A stretch of DNA of 64,000 nucleotides from Eledone cirrhosa (taxonomy: Eukaryota). The notes beneath the pieces were generated by a model, which was given only the letters and a program-made list of their open reading frames with translations, had not been told where the DNA came from and did no database searches. Positions 44,974-59,433 of the stretch are shown piece after piece. Position 1 is the stretch's first letter, and the number at the start of each line of letters is the position of its first letter. The DNA is taken from positions 23,870,001 to 23,934,000 of the forward strand of contig OZ024749.1 in assembly GCA_964016885.1 (NCBI GenBank), in the 5' to 3' direction. Position numbers and translations under genes: made by a program.

Positions 44974-45019
<46 letters not shown>

Positions 45020-45479
45020 AGGTATGTATCTATGTATGTATGTATGTATGTATGTATGTATCTATGTATGTATGTATGTATGTATGTATGTATGTATGTA
45101 TGTATGTGTGTGTATGTATATATGTAAACAAGTATTATGTTCCTATGTTTGTATATATTTATGTATGTGGGTATATATATATGTGTGTGTCAGGTGCACG
45201 TGTTTACGTCTATTGTCTTGTGATTCATTTAAACCATGTCATCAAGCCGTGGGCTAATTATAAATTTAGACAGGATCAGCGGATTATGAAAAAAATCGCA
45301 GATACATATATTACGTTAAGAACAGTCAAATTTACATACATAGCCGTACACACACACATATAGACACACACACCTACACACACACACATATATATATATA
45401 TGTGTGTATACATACGTAAAGAGATAAATATGAACATATATACGTGCATTCAAATATACATAACTACATGTATACATAT

Positions 45480-45932
45480 ATGATGGCTGCAAACACTACT
45501 AACAATATCCTGAACAAGCAATGCCTGTGATTTGAAGGTTTTTTAAGTGGGGAAAGGCCTTGCACTCGACCAATCCCCCTCTCTGATTATCGAAAACAAT
45601 AACCGAAGAAAAGAACTGATCAAGATCATCGTATGCTTCCAAAGCTGCAGGTGATTTTTTCTGAGTTTCCCTCTCCTAGAAAGTTGTTGTGACACAAACT
45701 GGGGACCTTTCACTTCCAATTGGAAAAATAAAATACTATTTGGATAGCCGTTGACTCTGCTGAGTTCTTCCGCCCTTTGCTGGGTCTTGTATTTCATTCC
45801 GCAGGGTGCCCAAATTGCACCCTCCTCACCAAGCAAGCTTCGTGTGGTTGCCGGTTTAGTCGCCGACGACCCGACCATGAGGCAGGTTGTCCTGGTTGTA
45901 TGTTACAAAGTAGCACTCGAGAGTGACCTGAT
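45480..45932 (-). mobile_element. Shorter relative of the bipartite RTE-derived element
   Basis: Reverse complement has caggtcactctcgagtgctac...catggtcgggtcgtcggcgactaaaccggcaacc, cacaggcattgctt and the gcagccatcat end. Confidence 0.7.
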
Positions 45933-47213
45933 ATATATAGGCTCATACATACGTACATACATATATACATACATTAGATACATACTTACATACATTTATA
46001 CATAAATACATTCATATATACATACATGCATGGAAACATATATATACATACACACAGATGTGCATATATAAATGCATGACATGCATACATACATGAATAG
46101 ATACATACATAGATACATACATCCATACATGGTTACATACACACATACACCTACATATATACATATATAGTGTTACATATAAATACACGCACATACATAC
46201 AATTATATATACATCTATACTCATAGTCACATATATATACACACTGAAAACCGTCTGTCACTTGTACTATGATTAATATAATAGTCTCCTTCCTCTTCAT
46301 CTCATTCCCTCTGCAGAGTTCATCATTGTTTTAAATAAACAACACATATTTTATACATTTATTTCCAACATTAATATTTTATAAAACCCTGTTTATCCTT
46401 CCCTACTACTTCCTGCATTAGATATTTTGATGTTGTTTACCGGAACTCTCTTTTATCTCGTGTGACGTGTGTGTGTAACTCAGCATACACTACAGCGAAA
46501 ACTATTCAATGAAAATACACTAACATATGACAATAGCTTCTTTGTACATCTCCTTTTTTATATTATTTAGTAGTCTACATTTCTATACGCTGTTAAATGC
46601 TTCATACATCTGAACTCATATATAATACATTTGACTCTATTTTCTCTTTCCTGTTTTCCTGTTTTCACAATTGTTTGGAATTTTGAAGCTTCTCCTATTA
46701 TTGAATGGCGTCACGAAACGTAATGAGTAAAGTTCTTTAACGCAAACGAATTCTAAAACGAAGATGTACTTTTATGTTCTGACACAGTTAACGATAATTT
46801 GATTCTATTTAACTAAAGGTCTCCTGCCCTACATTAAATGCTAGTTACAAAGTTGTAGACAACAGTATGAACACTAATGAAACATTATTTCATTACAATA
46901 AAGGAGACGATATTTTTTCCAAAAACTCGAATAAAAATGAATTACACGAAGGTAGCTATAAAAATGTTAATTCAACTAAACAATTAAACATATTAAACAA
47001 TATAGATATATAATACGAGAAAGAGTGTTCTCTGATTAATTCCACCCACAGAGAATTTTGATGCCTCCAGCAAAATATATTTGAAATTTAAATTTATTCC
47101 ATGCCGACATTTTGAATTGCGTGGAAACCTTTCAAACCTACAGATTACCAGTATGTTGATGTACAGAGCAATATGTTGTCGTGCACGACACCATTTGTAA
47201 GCCCGTATCAGCA

Positions 47214-47275
<62 letters not shown>

Positions 47276-47379
47276 CTCTTTTAAAGGGCAAGAGCTCAGT
47301 CGTCGGTCTCTGACTCTTTTTTAATATATATATTATAGCTTTTGAAACGGGAAGAGCTCAGCTGACGGTCTCAGACTTT

Positions 47380-47429
<50 letters not shown>

Positions 47430-47770
47430 GATGGCTGCAGTTCGATTTCGAGTAATGCCGTCGCTTGATACTTAAACATAAGCATCACTGATGTGGTTTT
47501 CAGGTCCTGCTACGAACTTGCCTAAAGCATTGCCATGCATCGCAAAAAGTATCACATATAATGCGATGCCTGTGCTTGAACATTTTTAACATGAGGAAAG
47601 CGTTTGCACTGAGCAAAACCCAATCTCTGAACATCGAATGCATTTACCCCAAAATAAGAATTGTTCTACATCATTGTATGCAAACAAAGTCGCAGGTTTG
47701 ATATCAATGTGACCTTCTTCTAGAGTGATGTATTAATGAAGAAAAGGAGTGTCTTGCTCCACCTCCACCA
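47430..47770 (-). mobile_element. Degenerate RTE 3' end
   Basis: Reverse complement ends ctcgaaatcgaactgcagccat as in the RTE-derived family; cacaggcatcgc motif. Confidence 0.5.
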
Positions 47771-47869
47771 TCCACTATTTAAAAAAAAAATGTATATCAT
47801 ACACAAAACACCAGCATCAACAATTTCCCAGAGATGGCAACATGAATGGACCTTTTATTTTTCTCTAAA

Positions 47870-48043
47870 AAATGTTTTTCCGATTCCGCCCTGCCCGTCT
47901 CTTCAATCTTTCTAATTTCTCATTATTTTTTCTGGTGAAGGACTAGCGTCCGAAACGTTATACCCTCTGCCTGCTATTTCAAGCGTTAAACTAATATATT
48001 CCTTCTATATACTGTACCGATTGCGTTGTTACTTCTGTTTACC

Positions 48044-48048
<5 letters not shown>
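47870..48048 (+). mobile_element. Short HHR-bearing dispersed repeat, copy 3
   Basis: ctggtga-a-ggac tagc gtcc-GAAAC-GTT; ends ttctgtttaccttttac then (CA)n. Confidence 0.7.
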
Positions 48049-48137
<89 letters not shown>

Positions 48138-48154
48138 ACACACACACACACACA

Positions 48155-48235
<81 letters not shown>

Positions 48236-48238
<3 letters not shown>

Positions 48239-48581
48239 GATAAATCTACCAAGAGTTTACGGTAGTGTCCAATCCGTATGAAGAACTCAATGTATTCCGG
48301 ATATCATGGAAAGAAGAGATGTAATGAAAAATCACTTTCGGTGAAAGATAAACGGTATACAGAGTCAAGATAAAATATTAAACAAATAATGAATAAAACA
48401 ATGAAACAGTTCCTTATATTAAACAAAAAAAGTTCATTATTTAACGATCGTTTCTAGGATATATATGTGTTAGAATTGGTATGCATATTCAACAGATCTA
48501 TGTACAAAATTATACAGAATTATACAAACTATCAAGATTAAATATACATACCAACACATATATACGCCGTCTTCAGAAATA

Positions 48582-48585
<4 letters not shown>
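48236..48585 (-). mobile_element. Solo PLE-4-family pLTR with long-stem-II HHR
   Basis: Collinear with 33759-34092; flanked by (TA)n. Confidence 0.8.
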
Positions 48586-48643
<58 letters not shown>

Positions 48644-49069
48644 CATGTGTGTGCATTCATGTATGCTCATTCACTGATACACCAATGTATACGTATATAA
48701 ACACTTATCTGAATATGTGATGTTTTATTCATTAGTCAATGTAGAATAGGGATACCGGTCTTCATATTGCGGATGGTGGTGATGGTAGTGTTTCACTAGC
48801 GATGTTAAGGTGGCGTTGTATTAAACATTTGCAGGGCCCCAAGCTGTCTGACGTCACACGAATCGTCACGTAGATGACTGTCTTGATCGATATCTTTTGC
48901 ATTCGATATGGATATGTTTTTTATTGTTCTACTGTCGTAAAACGTTAATGGCGACATGAAAACACTACATCGTTCGTATTTCCTGTTCTAATCTGACGTT
49001 ATCGTCACGGGAATTCCAAGCGTATGAGCTATCTTTTTCACTGCATGAGCAACGCTATTGTAGCATCTG

Positions 49070-49201
49070 ATGCTATTGTTGTTGTTGCTGTCGTTGTTAT
49101 TGCTGTCGTTGTCATTGTTGCTGTTGTTGTTATTGCTGTTATTGTTATTGCTGTTTTTGTTATTGCTATCGTTGTTGCTGTTGTCGTTGTTATTGCTGTC
49201 G

Positions 49202-49251
<50 letters not shown>

Positions 49252-49810
49252 ATTGCTGATGCTGTTATTGCTCTCGTTGTTGCTGTCGTTGTTACTACTG
49301 TCCTTGTTATTGTTGTTGCTGTCGTTGTTAATGATGTTGTTGTTGTTGTTGCTGTCGTACTTTTTCCTGTGGTTTTTTATGTCAATGTTACTGGTGTCGT
49401 TGTTATTGTTGTTGCTGTTGTTGTTGTAGTATTATCGCTGTTGTTGTTATTGCTGTTGTTAATGTTGTCGTTGTCAATGTTGTTGTTGTTGTTGCTGGTG
49501 TTGCAGTAGTTATTATTGCTGTTGTTGCTGTTGTTGTTATTGTTGTTATTGCTGTTGGTGTTATTGCTCTTGTTGTTATTGCTATTGTTGCTGTTAATTT
49601 TGCTGTTGTAGTTGTTGTTGCTGCTGTTGTTGATAATTATTGTTGCTGTTGTTATTGCTGTTGTTGTTGTTGTTAATGTTGCTGTTCTTGTTATTGTTGT
49701 TGTTGTTATTGTTGAGGTTGTTGCTGTCGTTGTTGTTGCGTTGTTGTTGTTGTTGTTTCTGTCGTTGTTGTAGCTGCAGTTGTGATGATTATTGTTGTTT
49801 CTTGTTGTTA
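49070..49810. repeat. Degenerate (GTT)n/(GCT)n triplet tract
   Basis: Direct reading; gives poly-V/L/N ORFs. Confidence 0.9.
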
Positions 49811-50467
49811 ATATAGTTAGCATGGCTAATTTCTTGATATTGTTGTTTAACCCCAGGTGAGAACTGATTGAGTTATATATACCAGCAAATCATTTCCCAG
49901 CCCCAAACATTCCAGCATTTCGACGTTTGTAAAGGAAATAAAATAAGCAGTGTGTAATTTCATTAATCATTGTACATGATTTAACGTATATTTGACTGCT
50001 ATTTCTAACGGCAAACCGGCCACTTCGTTCATTTCGTTCAATCTTAGCAATGTCAATGTTATACATCTGCCTCATGTCAGCTAAAATCGTAGATATACTA
50101 TACTTCCCACCTAGATTGATGTTGTGATTATTTCAAATAATTTATTGCTAGCATTGTTGATATTGTTGTTATTGTTCTGAGTGAATGCCATTACTACTAC
50201 ATATAGTAGCCTGTATATTCTTTTCATGCATGCATATTATTTTCATGCCTGTATATTCTTTTCATTCTGGCAAGCTCCGATGAACTGACTGATTATAACT
50301 TTGTATTGGCGATCGAGTAACGTGAAAATAAGCGGATAGCGATCTCTAGACCTACCAGTTCAGAGAAACAATTGTCAGCAATGAGATTAAAAACCTTTTT
50401 TGTATAGCAAACCGTATCGCTTTTCTTTCCTGATTTATATATATATATATATATTTATGCATACATG

Positions 50468-50540
<73 letters not shown>

Positions 50541-50552
50541 TATATATCTCTC

Positions 50553-50613
<61 letters not shown>

Positions 50614-50649
50614 TATGCATACATGTATGTATATATATATATATATATG

Positions 50650-50682
<33 letters not shown>

Positions 50683-50863
50683 AGACATACATGTATGTAT
50701 ATATATATGCATACATGTATGTATATATGTATATATATATATATATATATATGCATACATGTATGTATATATGTATATATATATACATATATGTATACAT
50801 GTATATATATATGCATACATATATGTATATATATATATATGCATAGATATATGTACATATATA

Positions 50864-50949
<86 letters not shown>

Positions 50950-50952
<3 letters not shown>

Positions 50953-52790
50953 TTCAAGAGTAACCAAGCTTAACGAGAAAGATGGAGATAGTAGAGGAGA
51001 TATGAGAGGAGAGATTGGTGAGATAGTTAGAAGCCAAAGCGTAAAGGCATGTGCTCAATGTGCAATATGCAGTAGAAAACAGCTAGGTAGCTGGGTTCAT
51101 GCAGAGGTTAGGTGCGCGGAGCTGGAAATATTCATTAGTTAAGCAAAACAAGACCACAGACTTCACAAGGAAGTCATTATTAAAATATTGTCAACATATT
51201 TTAGTTTGATGTAAGGAATGTAGAGAATAATAATAATAATAATATTAATAATAATATTGTCCGTTTACAATTGTTTCGCTACTCCATATAATATTTCTGG
51301 ATCAGATGACTATATATCATAATTGATCTGGTTCAGTTGAAAATATTTAACATATTTAAAAAACAGAGTGGCTCATCGGAACTCAAAGGAATATAAATTA
51401 AAATAATGGGATAATGTTACATAATATAATGTTCCATATATTGGTTTTTACTATGGTGTCTTGGTTGCATCAGCTGTCAGCCATAATCAAGCAGTATTCA
51501 TCTGTCGAGGCTGCATTGTGTGAGATCTGCCTATGGGTATGAAGATGGCTGCCAAAGGGCATATTTACTTTACTAATTAGAGGGTGGTTTCAGGGGAAGT
51601 AACTTCTCGAGAGATTAGAGATTGTGAGTATTTATAGTTAAGTGCTAGTTTTTAAATTGTTTAATTGAGAGACAACGTAGGGGAGGTAACTTATAATTAT
51701 CGAGTTGTTCATAGCAATTTAACTAATATCTACTATTAGAAATAGGGTGACATGACTAAGTAGGGTCAAAAACTCTATTGGCGAAGGAATTAGCTCGATG
51801 TTGACAGCTAATGGTTACCTCCGTTCTATCGTTAATCGGTAGAGGTCGTGATAGAGTTATGTAATATGCTTCCGTAACACAGAGATCACAAGATTTTCTT
51901 CGTCCATCGAACGGTTGGGCCCTAGACTCGATACCCCATTTTAGTGAGTGTTGAACGTTGTTTAATTTAAGGTTTTTAATGAGCCTAGCTAGCGATGTCG
52001 AACAGCTGTTGCTAGGGTCTCGGAAGGAAAAAGAGTGCGCGTTATAGCGTACCTTAAAAGGGTTAGAGGTAAACCCGATATAAGAGCTGATATTCGAAGC
52101 AGTCTCAACCGTGCACCTATAGACTATGTTGGGTGTCAGGTAGTGTCCATTTAATGGGCATGAATTGGGGTAACGGCAGTTGCAGTTGCTTCTGCGGTTA
52201 GTGAGAGTAGGGTTGTTTAACCTAAGCGGTAGGTCCGTGCTAGAAGGATTAGATGGGGGAGGTGTGCTACTAGAGTAATTATTGGTGTAGTGGCGTGGTA
52301 TATTTGATAGGGGTGGTGGTACCGCTGTGTGGGAGTCATACTGTCTTAGCTTATGATGGTTACTGAACGCGATGTGGCCAGCTATGTTAGGTGTTGTGGA
52401 GAATGAGATTTTAATGTTATTTTTATTAAAGAGTTTGTAATATCTATGGTTGGAGGGGGGAGTGCTTGGATAGGATAGAGAAGAAGCGTTTGGGGATATT
52501 AGTAGCTAGATTAGATGAGAATGGTGGGTTGAGCCAGGTGATATTTCTAGGTCTATTCCTTCTAGGGGTTCTAGTGGAGTTGGTAGGGGCCTTCCTAGGG
52601 ATATTATTACCTGGGGATTTGCTATTTGTCATCCCATTTCTCATTCCTATTCTAGGGTTGATTCTTAGTTTGCTACTTGGAGTGGGGAGCAAGCCCCTGC
52701 CACCATTAAAGTTCCCTGTATAGGTGCTGTTACTGCTAAAATTCCGGCGAATCTGGTTATATGCTAAGGTATTTCTAGTTCTAGAGAAAT
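50950..52790 (-). mobile_element. 5'-truncated PLE-5 (linker + GIY-YIG, frameshifted) with 3' UTR and HHR
   Basis: Minus strand RNITWLNPPFS, KISFSTTPN, CNCRYPNSCPLNG, NIVYRC...SYIGFT, CDLC, stop 51756-51758; HHR 51263-51382 gtt-ccgatga-gccactc...gagtagc-GAAAC-aatt-GTA-aac; boundaries approximate. Confidence 0.85.
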
Positions 52791-53576
52791 ATTATAAATG
52801 TGAAGCAAAATAATGTTATGGTTTTTGTATACACCACCATTTTCACAATTCATTATTTTGCTTCTCATTTATAATATTTCTCTGCACACAAGCTTCTTTA
52901 TCATACACAAAAAATACCTTACCACTACAACCTCCATAATACTCTTTATTACCCGCTTAAAGTGCTTGTATTGCATATAACACCTTGCCGCACAATAATC
53001 ATATATAAATAAGACACACGTGCATACTCCAGGTGTAACTATTGCATGCAATAACTACTACAACTGACTAACAAACTATACTCTTGCATTATCTACGTTA
53101 ACTGCCGATGTTGTATTTTAATTTTAATTTTGCTTTGATTCTGTTTTAATATGATTTTAATTTTTGAATTTAAATTGCCATTCAGAAATAATATAATGGA
53201 TGTCACCCCACTGTGCATAAATATATACATATGTATCTGTATATCTCTTGTGCTGGAAAGGAGGCCATGTATGTAAACAAACATTGAAAAATGCTCCGAA
53301 GACACCAAACCTCGGTTTGGATGAAACAATTGTAAGCTAATAAATGGTTTGAACAGAACTTTGATTCATGAGAATTCTATATAACTGCTCTGTAGAACAA
53401 CTGATGTTATTACATTGAGCTATTTATCTTACTGGTAATAAGGTAGTAATAAATTACTGTCTTTCACTGTTTAGGGTTTAAAATATATATAACTATAAAA
53501 AGTTTTATATACATAAACATAAATAGTATCCTAAATACTATATATATATATACATATATATATGCATATATATATA

Positions 53577-53718
<142 letters not shown>

Positions 53719-53920
53719 TATGTATATATATATATGTTTATATATATATATGCATACATGTATGCACATACATATATATATATATATGCATATATATATA
53801 TATATTTGTACATACATATATATATATATATATGCATACATTTATGCACATATATGCATATATATATACATACATCTATACATATTTACACAAACACACA
53901 CACATATATATATATATATT

Positions 53921-53953
<33 letters not shown>

Positions 53954-53984
53954 ATAATTATATATATATATAATTATATATATA

Positions 53985-54075
<91 letters not shown>

Positions 54076-54675
54076 GATATAGAGACAGAGAGGCTGAGCC
54101 AGAGACAGAGAGAGATTTGTGGTTGAACGGGAGCATAAAAATGTTTCGTATGCCCGGAAGAAGACATTAAAAAATACAAGTACTGATTCGTGCATTTTGT
54201 ATGAATCAGATTCTTTGGAATGAAAGAAGAAATACTAATAAAACAACAACAATAATAACAAAGATGAATTTTGAAATAAAAACAAAAGGTAGAACTTCCA
54301 CTTTATGGCGTAATTTAATCAAGAATTGAAAGGAAAAGAAAGATTTATACACCACGAAACTTATCAGCGGAAAACCTTTGTTTTCTTATTACAAAACAGA
54401 GTGATCCTTATGTTATGTTTCGGCTTAACGCTTTAATATTACGTTCGAAGACGCCATGTTAGTAATTTTTCTTTCTCTCTCAGGGAGATTTTTTTTGTCA
54501 TTTATGTGCGTGCCAAGGCCTCGTCTCATTCAGATATAAATAATATAGTGAAATGAAGAATTTGTACTTGTTTATAGCAATGGTGGCGGATTGTCGTCAG
54601 AACCGGTGTAAGTTTTGTCGCGTTACTTTTTGAGTACAATTCACGCCAAGGCCAACTTTGCCTTTCATCATTCCC

Positions 54676-54716
<41 letters not shown>

Positions 54717-55371
54717 CTAGTAGTATCAATTCCCGAGTTGTAGCATCAATCCCAGTCAAGTACTGGGATTGATACTACAAACTTCTAAATTTTCTTGCTC
54801 TCTGATTCAATTAAAAATCAATCATATATAATTTTGTGTTCAATCCATCAATATATCTTTCAGTCTAGATATCCATATATATATCTATCATTCTATCTGT
54901 CTATATATCTATCTATCTGTATAGCTATCTATCTATCTACTTATCTACCTATCTATGTATCTATATATATCACTATAACTACCATGCCCCCTTGCTATCT
55001 ATCTATGTCTCTCTGTAAACACTCAGACGCACACATAAATACATACTTATATAAACAAGGGAAAGGTACAATACAAAGAGCGTATATATATTGACCCCTT
55101 TATAAAAAAAAAAGGAAAAGTTTCTCAAAGTTTCGATCGTTAATCGGAAGATAGAATAAGACGTAAGAGAAGAAAAGGAAAAATATAGGACTGCAAGAAT
55201 GTATAACGGAAGTAAAAATTTGGAGTGAAAGAAATTGTGTTTAGTCTGCCCATGTAAATATATATTATATATATATGATGGCTGACCCACGTTATCGAGC
55301 ATCGCCATTGCATGATGAAAAAAACACACACACACACACACACATACACGCGCACACGCACATACGTACAT

Positions 55372-55459
<88 letters not shown>

Positions 55460-55578
55460 TAATTATTAATGTTGCTGCGAATGTGGCTTTTTAGACCAGC
55501 CAATGCTCTCTCTCTCTCTCTCTCTCTCTCTCCCCCTCTCTCTCTCGCTCTCTCTTTCTCTCTCTCTCTCGCTCTCTC

Positions 55579-55654
<76 letters not shown>

Positions 55655-56618
55655 AAGAAAGAAGAGTGACATCGTTTGCTATACAAAAAAGGTTGTTAAT
55701 CACTTTGCTGACAATTGTTTCTCTGAACTGGTAGGTCTAGAGTTCGCTACCCGCCTGTTTTCGCGTCACTCGATCACCAATACAGTTGTAACCAGTCAAT
55801 TCATCAGAGCTAGCGAGAATGAAGGGAATACACAGGCATGGCTTCTATATATAGTAGTGGTGGCATTCAATCAGAACAATAACAACAATACTAACAGTGC
55901 TAGCAATACATTATTTGAAATAATCACAACATCAATCTAAGTAAGACATAGAATATACTTAAGACTTTAGCATGTAAAACGAGTTGATATGAGGCAGATG
56001 AATGATATAGACATGTAAAAGCTGTCATGGGGTGTATTATATATAGCGTAGAGATAAGCCGGGGCTTTAAACAATGTACCATTTCCTTTACCGTAGGTTT
56101 GGTGACCGTAAGAATTATTTATTATCTGACATTTTTTATCATTGTAGTGAGGATATTAATTTTTCTGGTGTGAAGTGGATTCAATATTTATGTGGTGTAT
56201 ATTAGATGAAGGGATTGTTAGTTCGAATCATGGGGTTGTTTAGTTTTCACATCATCAATAACATACATATATAAGATAACATTAACAGAGTAGCAATATA
56301 GTAGGTAAGTTAATAGAGAGGTTAAGGACGCAATATATATAGAGAGAGAGCGGGAGAAAACATGCTGACTAGAAGTATAACAACAGGAGGAGGTAATGTT
56401 TTACTGTGGTAATATTCAAACCGTCTCACCCTTCTTTCCTGATTTATTATTACTCCAAGTGTAAACAAAATAGAAATCATCGCGTACTCGCAGCACCACT
56501 ATGGAAACGCCTTGTTGAGTCAAACTTAGCCAAGCGTTGATACATTCCACTACTCGGAGTACCCTAACTGGACTACAACTAAGTGGACTACCTATAACAA
56601 TAATCTGTTATCCCGTGT

Positions 56619-56649
<31 letters not shown>

Positions 56650-56760
56650 AGTATTAATAAAATAGATGTTATTTTGATCAATTACATTTTATTATACATA
56701 TTTCGGTTGTACAACTGTACTTCCTCATCAGGCAAAATATAATGATACATGACACTCTGA
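56650..56760 (-). ncRNA. HHR-bearing pLTR fragment related to 43070-43229
   Basis: Minus strand attttgc-CTGATGA-gg aa gtaca gt tgtac aa cc-GAAAT-at-GTA-taataaaat. Confidence 0.65.
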
Positions 56761-56820
56761 GATGTTAAATGGTTAAGATTTAATCAAGGTAGTCATAATC
56801 ATCGAATATTGTTTAACAAC

Positions 56821-56871
<51 letters not shown>

Positions 56872-56879
56872 ATTTCTAA

Positions 56880-58705
56880 AGAATGAAACAGTTCTAGTCC
56901 TGTAGAATCTCATCTATATTAAAACTTTTATACTCTGCAATGTATTGCGTACCTTACTTACTGTGGTTACCTCCGATTCAACCCGGAATAACGTCAGTGC
57001 CACGGAACACCCGCCAATCGCCTTGCGGTCGAACAACGAACTATCTTCATCTTACAGACCCACACTCCCCCCGGCCTGAACTCCCCACCCTTATTCCTTT
57101 AGCCTTCGACCGCCCCCCTCCACGCACACTTATCCCCCACTAACACCACTAACACACCCCTCCTTTTCACCACCCACCCCACAGCTAACAATACTAACAC
57201 CTCCACTCCACCCCTCATCCGACCACCCTTCCTCAACTAACATACTAACATCCCCCCTTCTTCTCCTCCTCCCCCTCCTTATCACACGCACACACCCACC
57301 GGCACATATATACACGCGCTCACACTAAACACACACCCTACTACCACCACTAACCCTCACCCCCACACCTCTCACCCCCACACCTCGATCCCACCATCCC
57401 GCACCTAGCCTCACTAACACCCCCTAACCCCAAGCACACGAACACACGCACCCACTTACACCACCCACCCCACACGCAACTAACATCACTAACACCCCCA
57501 ACCCCACGCACACGTACCCACGCACCCTCGTACACCACCAACTCTACACACCCTACCACCACTAACCCCCACTCACACCTGCATTCAACCCCTCCCCACC
57601 TCCCGTATACTAACACCCACTAACACCCCTTCATCAAACTACACACACACCAGTACACCACACTCCCTCCATAGAACCACACACACCCTTCTCTCCCCCC
57701 TCCACCCACACCCTCGCTCCACACTCACTCATCCCACTAACACCTCTACTAATACACACACACACACCCTCCTCACTCCAACTTTCACACCTACCCATCC
57801 TCACCCCTTTACCATTCCACCGACTGCTGCTATGCCCTCTGACCACCTCCCAGCACAAACAGACACACAGCACTCCCACTGCTTGACCACTTCCTGTTGC
57901 GCGCGCACCCCAAATCTCTCCTCTTCCGACCATCGCTTCATGGAATACCCGCACGCAGAAATTGACCAACACATAATCCACTAAACACCTTTGGGATATA
58001 CCTACTTTTCAACCATCCTCTTACGGAATCACCTATATAACTCACCCACACACACACCCCCAACAAATGTTTTTCTCCACACGCCACCTACACCCACAAC
58101 ACGCTTAAACCCCCCACACACGTGCTTTCCGCCACATATTTACACCCTCAGCCTCATGATTCCTCTACCCCCACCCCTCTATCCACACACGCACATACAC
58201 TCCGACCCACAACCCCCCCCCCACACACACACACCTCTTCCTGAACATGTAACCCCGTTCTTCCCCCAACCCTTACTTTCACATACACACACACCACTTT
58301 CAGCCCTCCCCGCTCGGACACCCCGTCCCCCTCGCCCCACTCCACCCGCCACCACCCCTACACACCCCACAACCTTCCACCACCTGTTTTACTCCCCTTT
58401 TAATTTCAGTTCATTTTGATCATGCTTTTATATTTAAATTTATTTCATTCCTTGTATTTTGATCATGCTTTATTTTTATTTTATCTTTATTTTTTTATTT
58501 TTTCATTGGCACCGTTTCCTTTCGCTATATGTCTCTCCACCACTCCCCTACACACCCTTTGAACTCTGTTCCCACACACTTCTCACCTGAGGAAGGGCTT
58601 ATGCCCGAAACGTCGTCCCCCACCAACACCCCACTCTCCAGAGCGTGAAATTAATAAACATTCGTTGTACTGCCTCTGTTTTGTCCCTGTTCAAATGTTT
58701 CCATT
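56880..58705 (+). mobile_element. Probable PLE-related remnant with long C/A-rich body ending in a minimal HHR
   Basis: CTGAGGA-a-gggc ttat gccc-GAAAC-GTC at 58587-58614; 56949-56993 shared with 36943-36988; bounded by (TA)n; no recognisable ORF. Confidence 0.45.
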
Positions 58706-58718
58706 ATATATATATATA

Positions 58719-58753
<35 letters not shown>

Positions 58754-58864
58754 TTGTTTCTACAAAATGGTTGACTGTATCACAAGTGCTTTTTCTGAAA
58801 CATTTGTATCAGTCCCTTTGTCATTTTCATTGTCTAACTTTCTATTTCATCTTTTATTTCTCGT

Positions 58865-58990
58865 TCTATGTCCTGATGATAGACTCGTGTCCGAAACGTG
58901 AAATTTCTGTTCCTACTATATCAAGAGTTAAACAAATATATTCCTTCATTGTACTGTGTTGTGTGCTTTGTTGATTACGTTTCGGTTACA
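58865..58990 (+). ncRNA. Degenerate minimal HHR-bearing repeat
   Basis: CTGATGA 58873-58879, agac tcgt gtcc, GAAACGT; ends in (CA)n like the 1090 family. Confidence 0.5.
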
Positions 58991-59149
58991 ATCACACACA
59001 CACACACACACACACATGTGTGTGTGTGTGATATCGATAATAGAAGAGTAAAGGCAAAAACAATCACTATAATTGACACGTATGTGTAAACTTCATGGTG
59101 TTTGTCTACATATAGTTTGATATATAATTAAGACAAACATCACGTTAAT

Positions 59150-59385
59150 CGCCATCATCATGATTTACATCATATCATTAGCTGAATTTTTTGTCATCAC
59201 TTTAACAGTTATCCTAAACTTCGTCATTATCTTTATCTCTATCTTCGTTGTCATCATGATGATGATTATCATCGTCATCATCATCATAGCCATCATCATC
59301 ATTTTCATCATCATCACCATCATGATCTCATCATCTTCATCACTATCTTCGTTGTGATCATGATCATGACCATTATCATAACCAT

Positions 59386-59433
<48 letters not shown>

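Noticed and set aside
49024-49823. Poly-Val/Leu membrane-like and poly-Asn/Thr ORFs
   Set aside because: Frames of a (GTT)n tract
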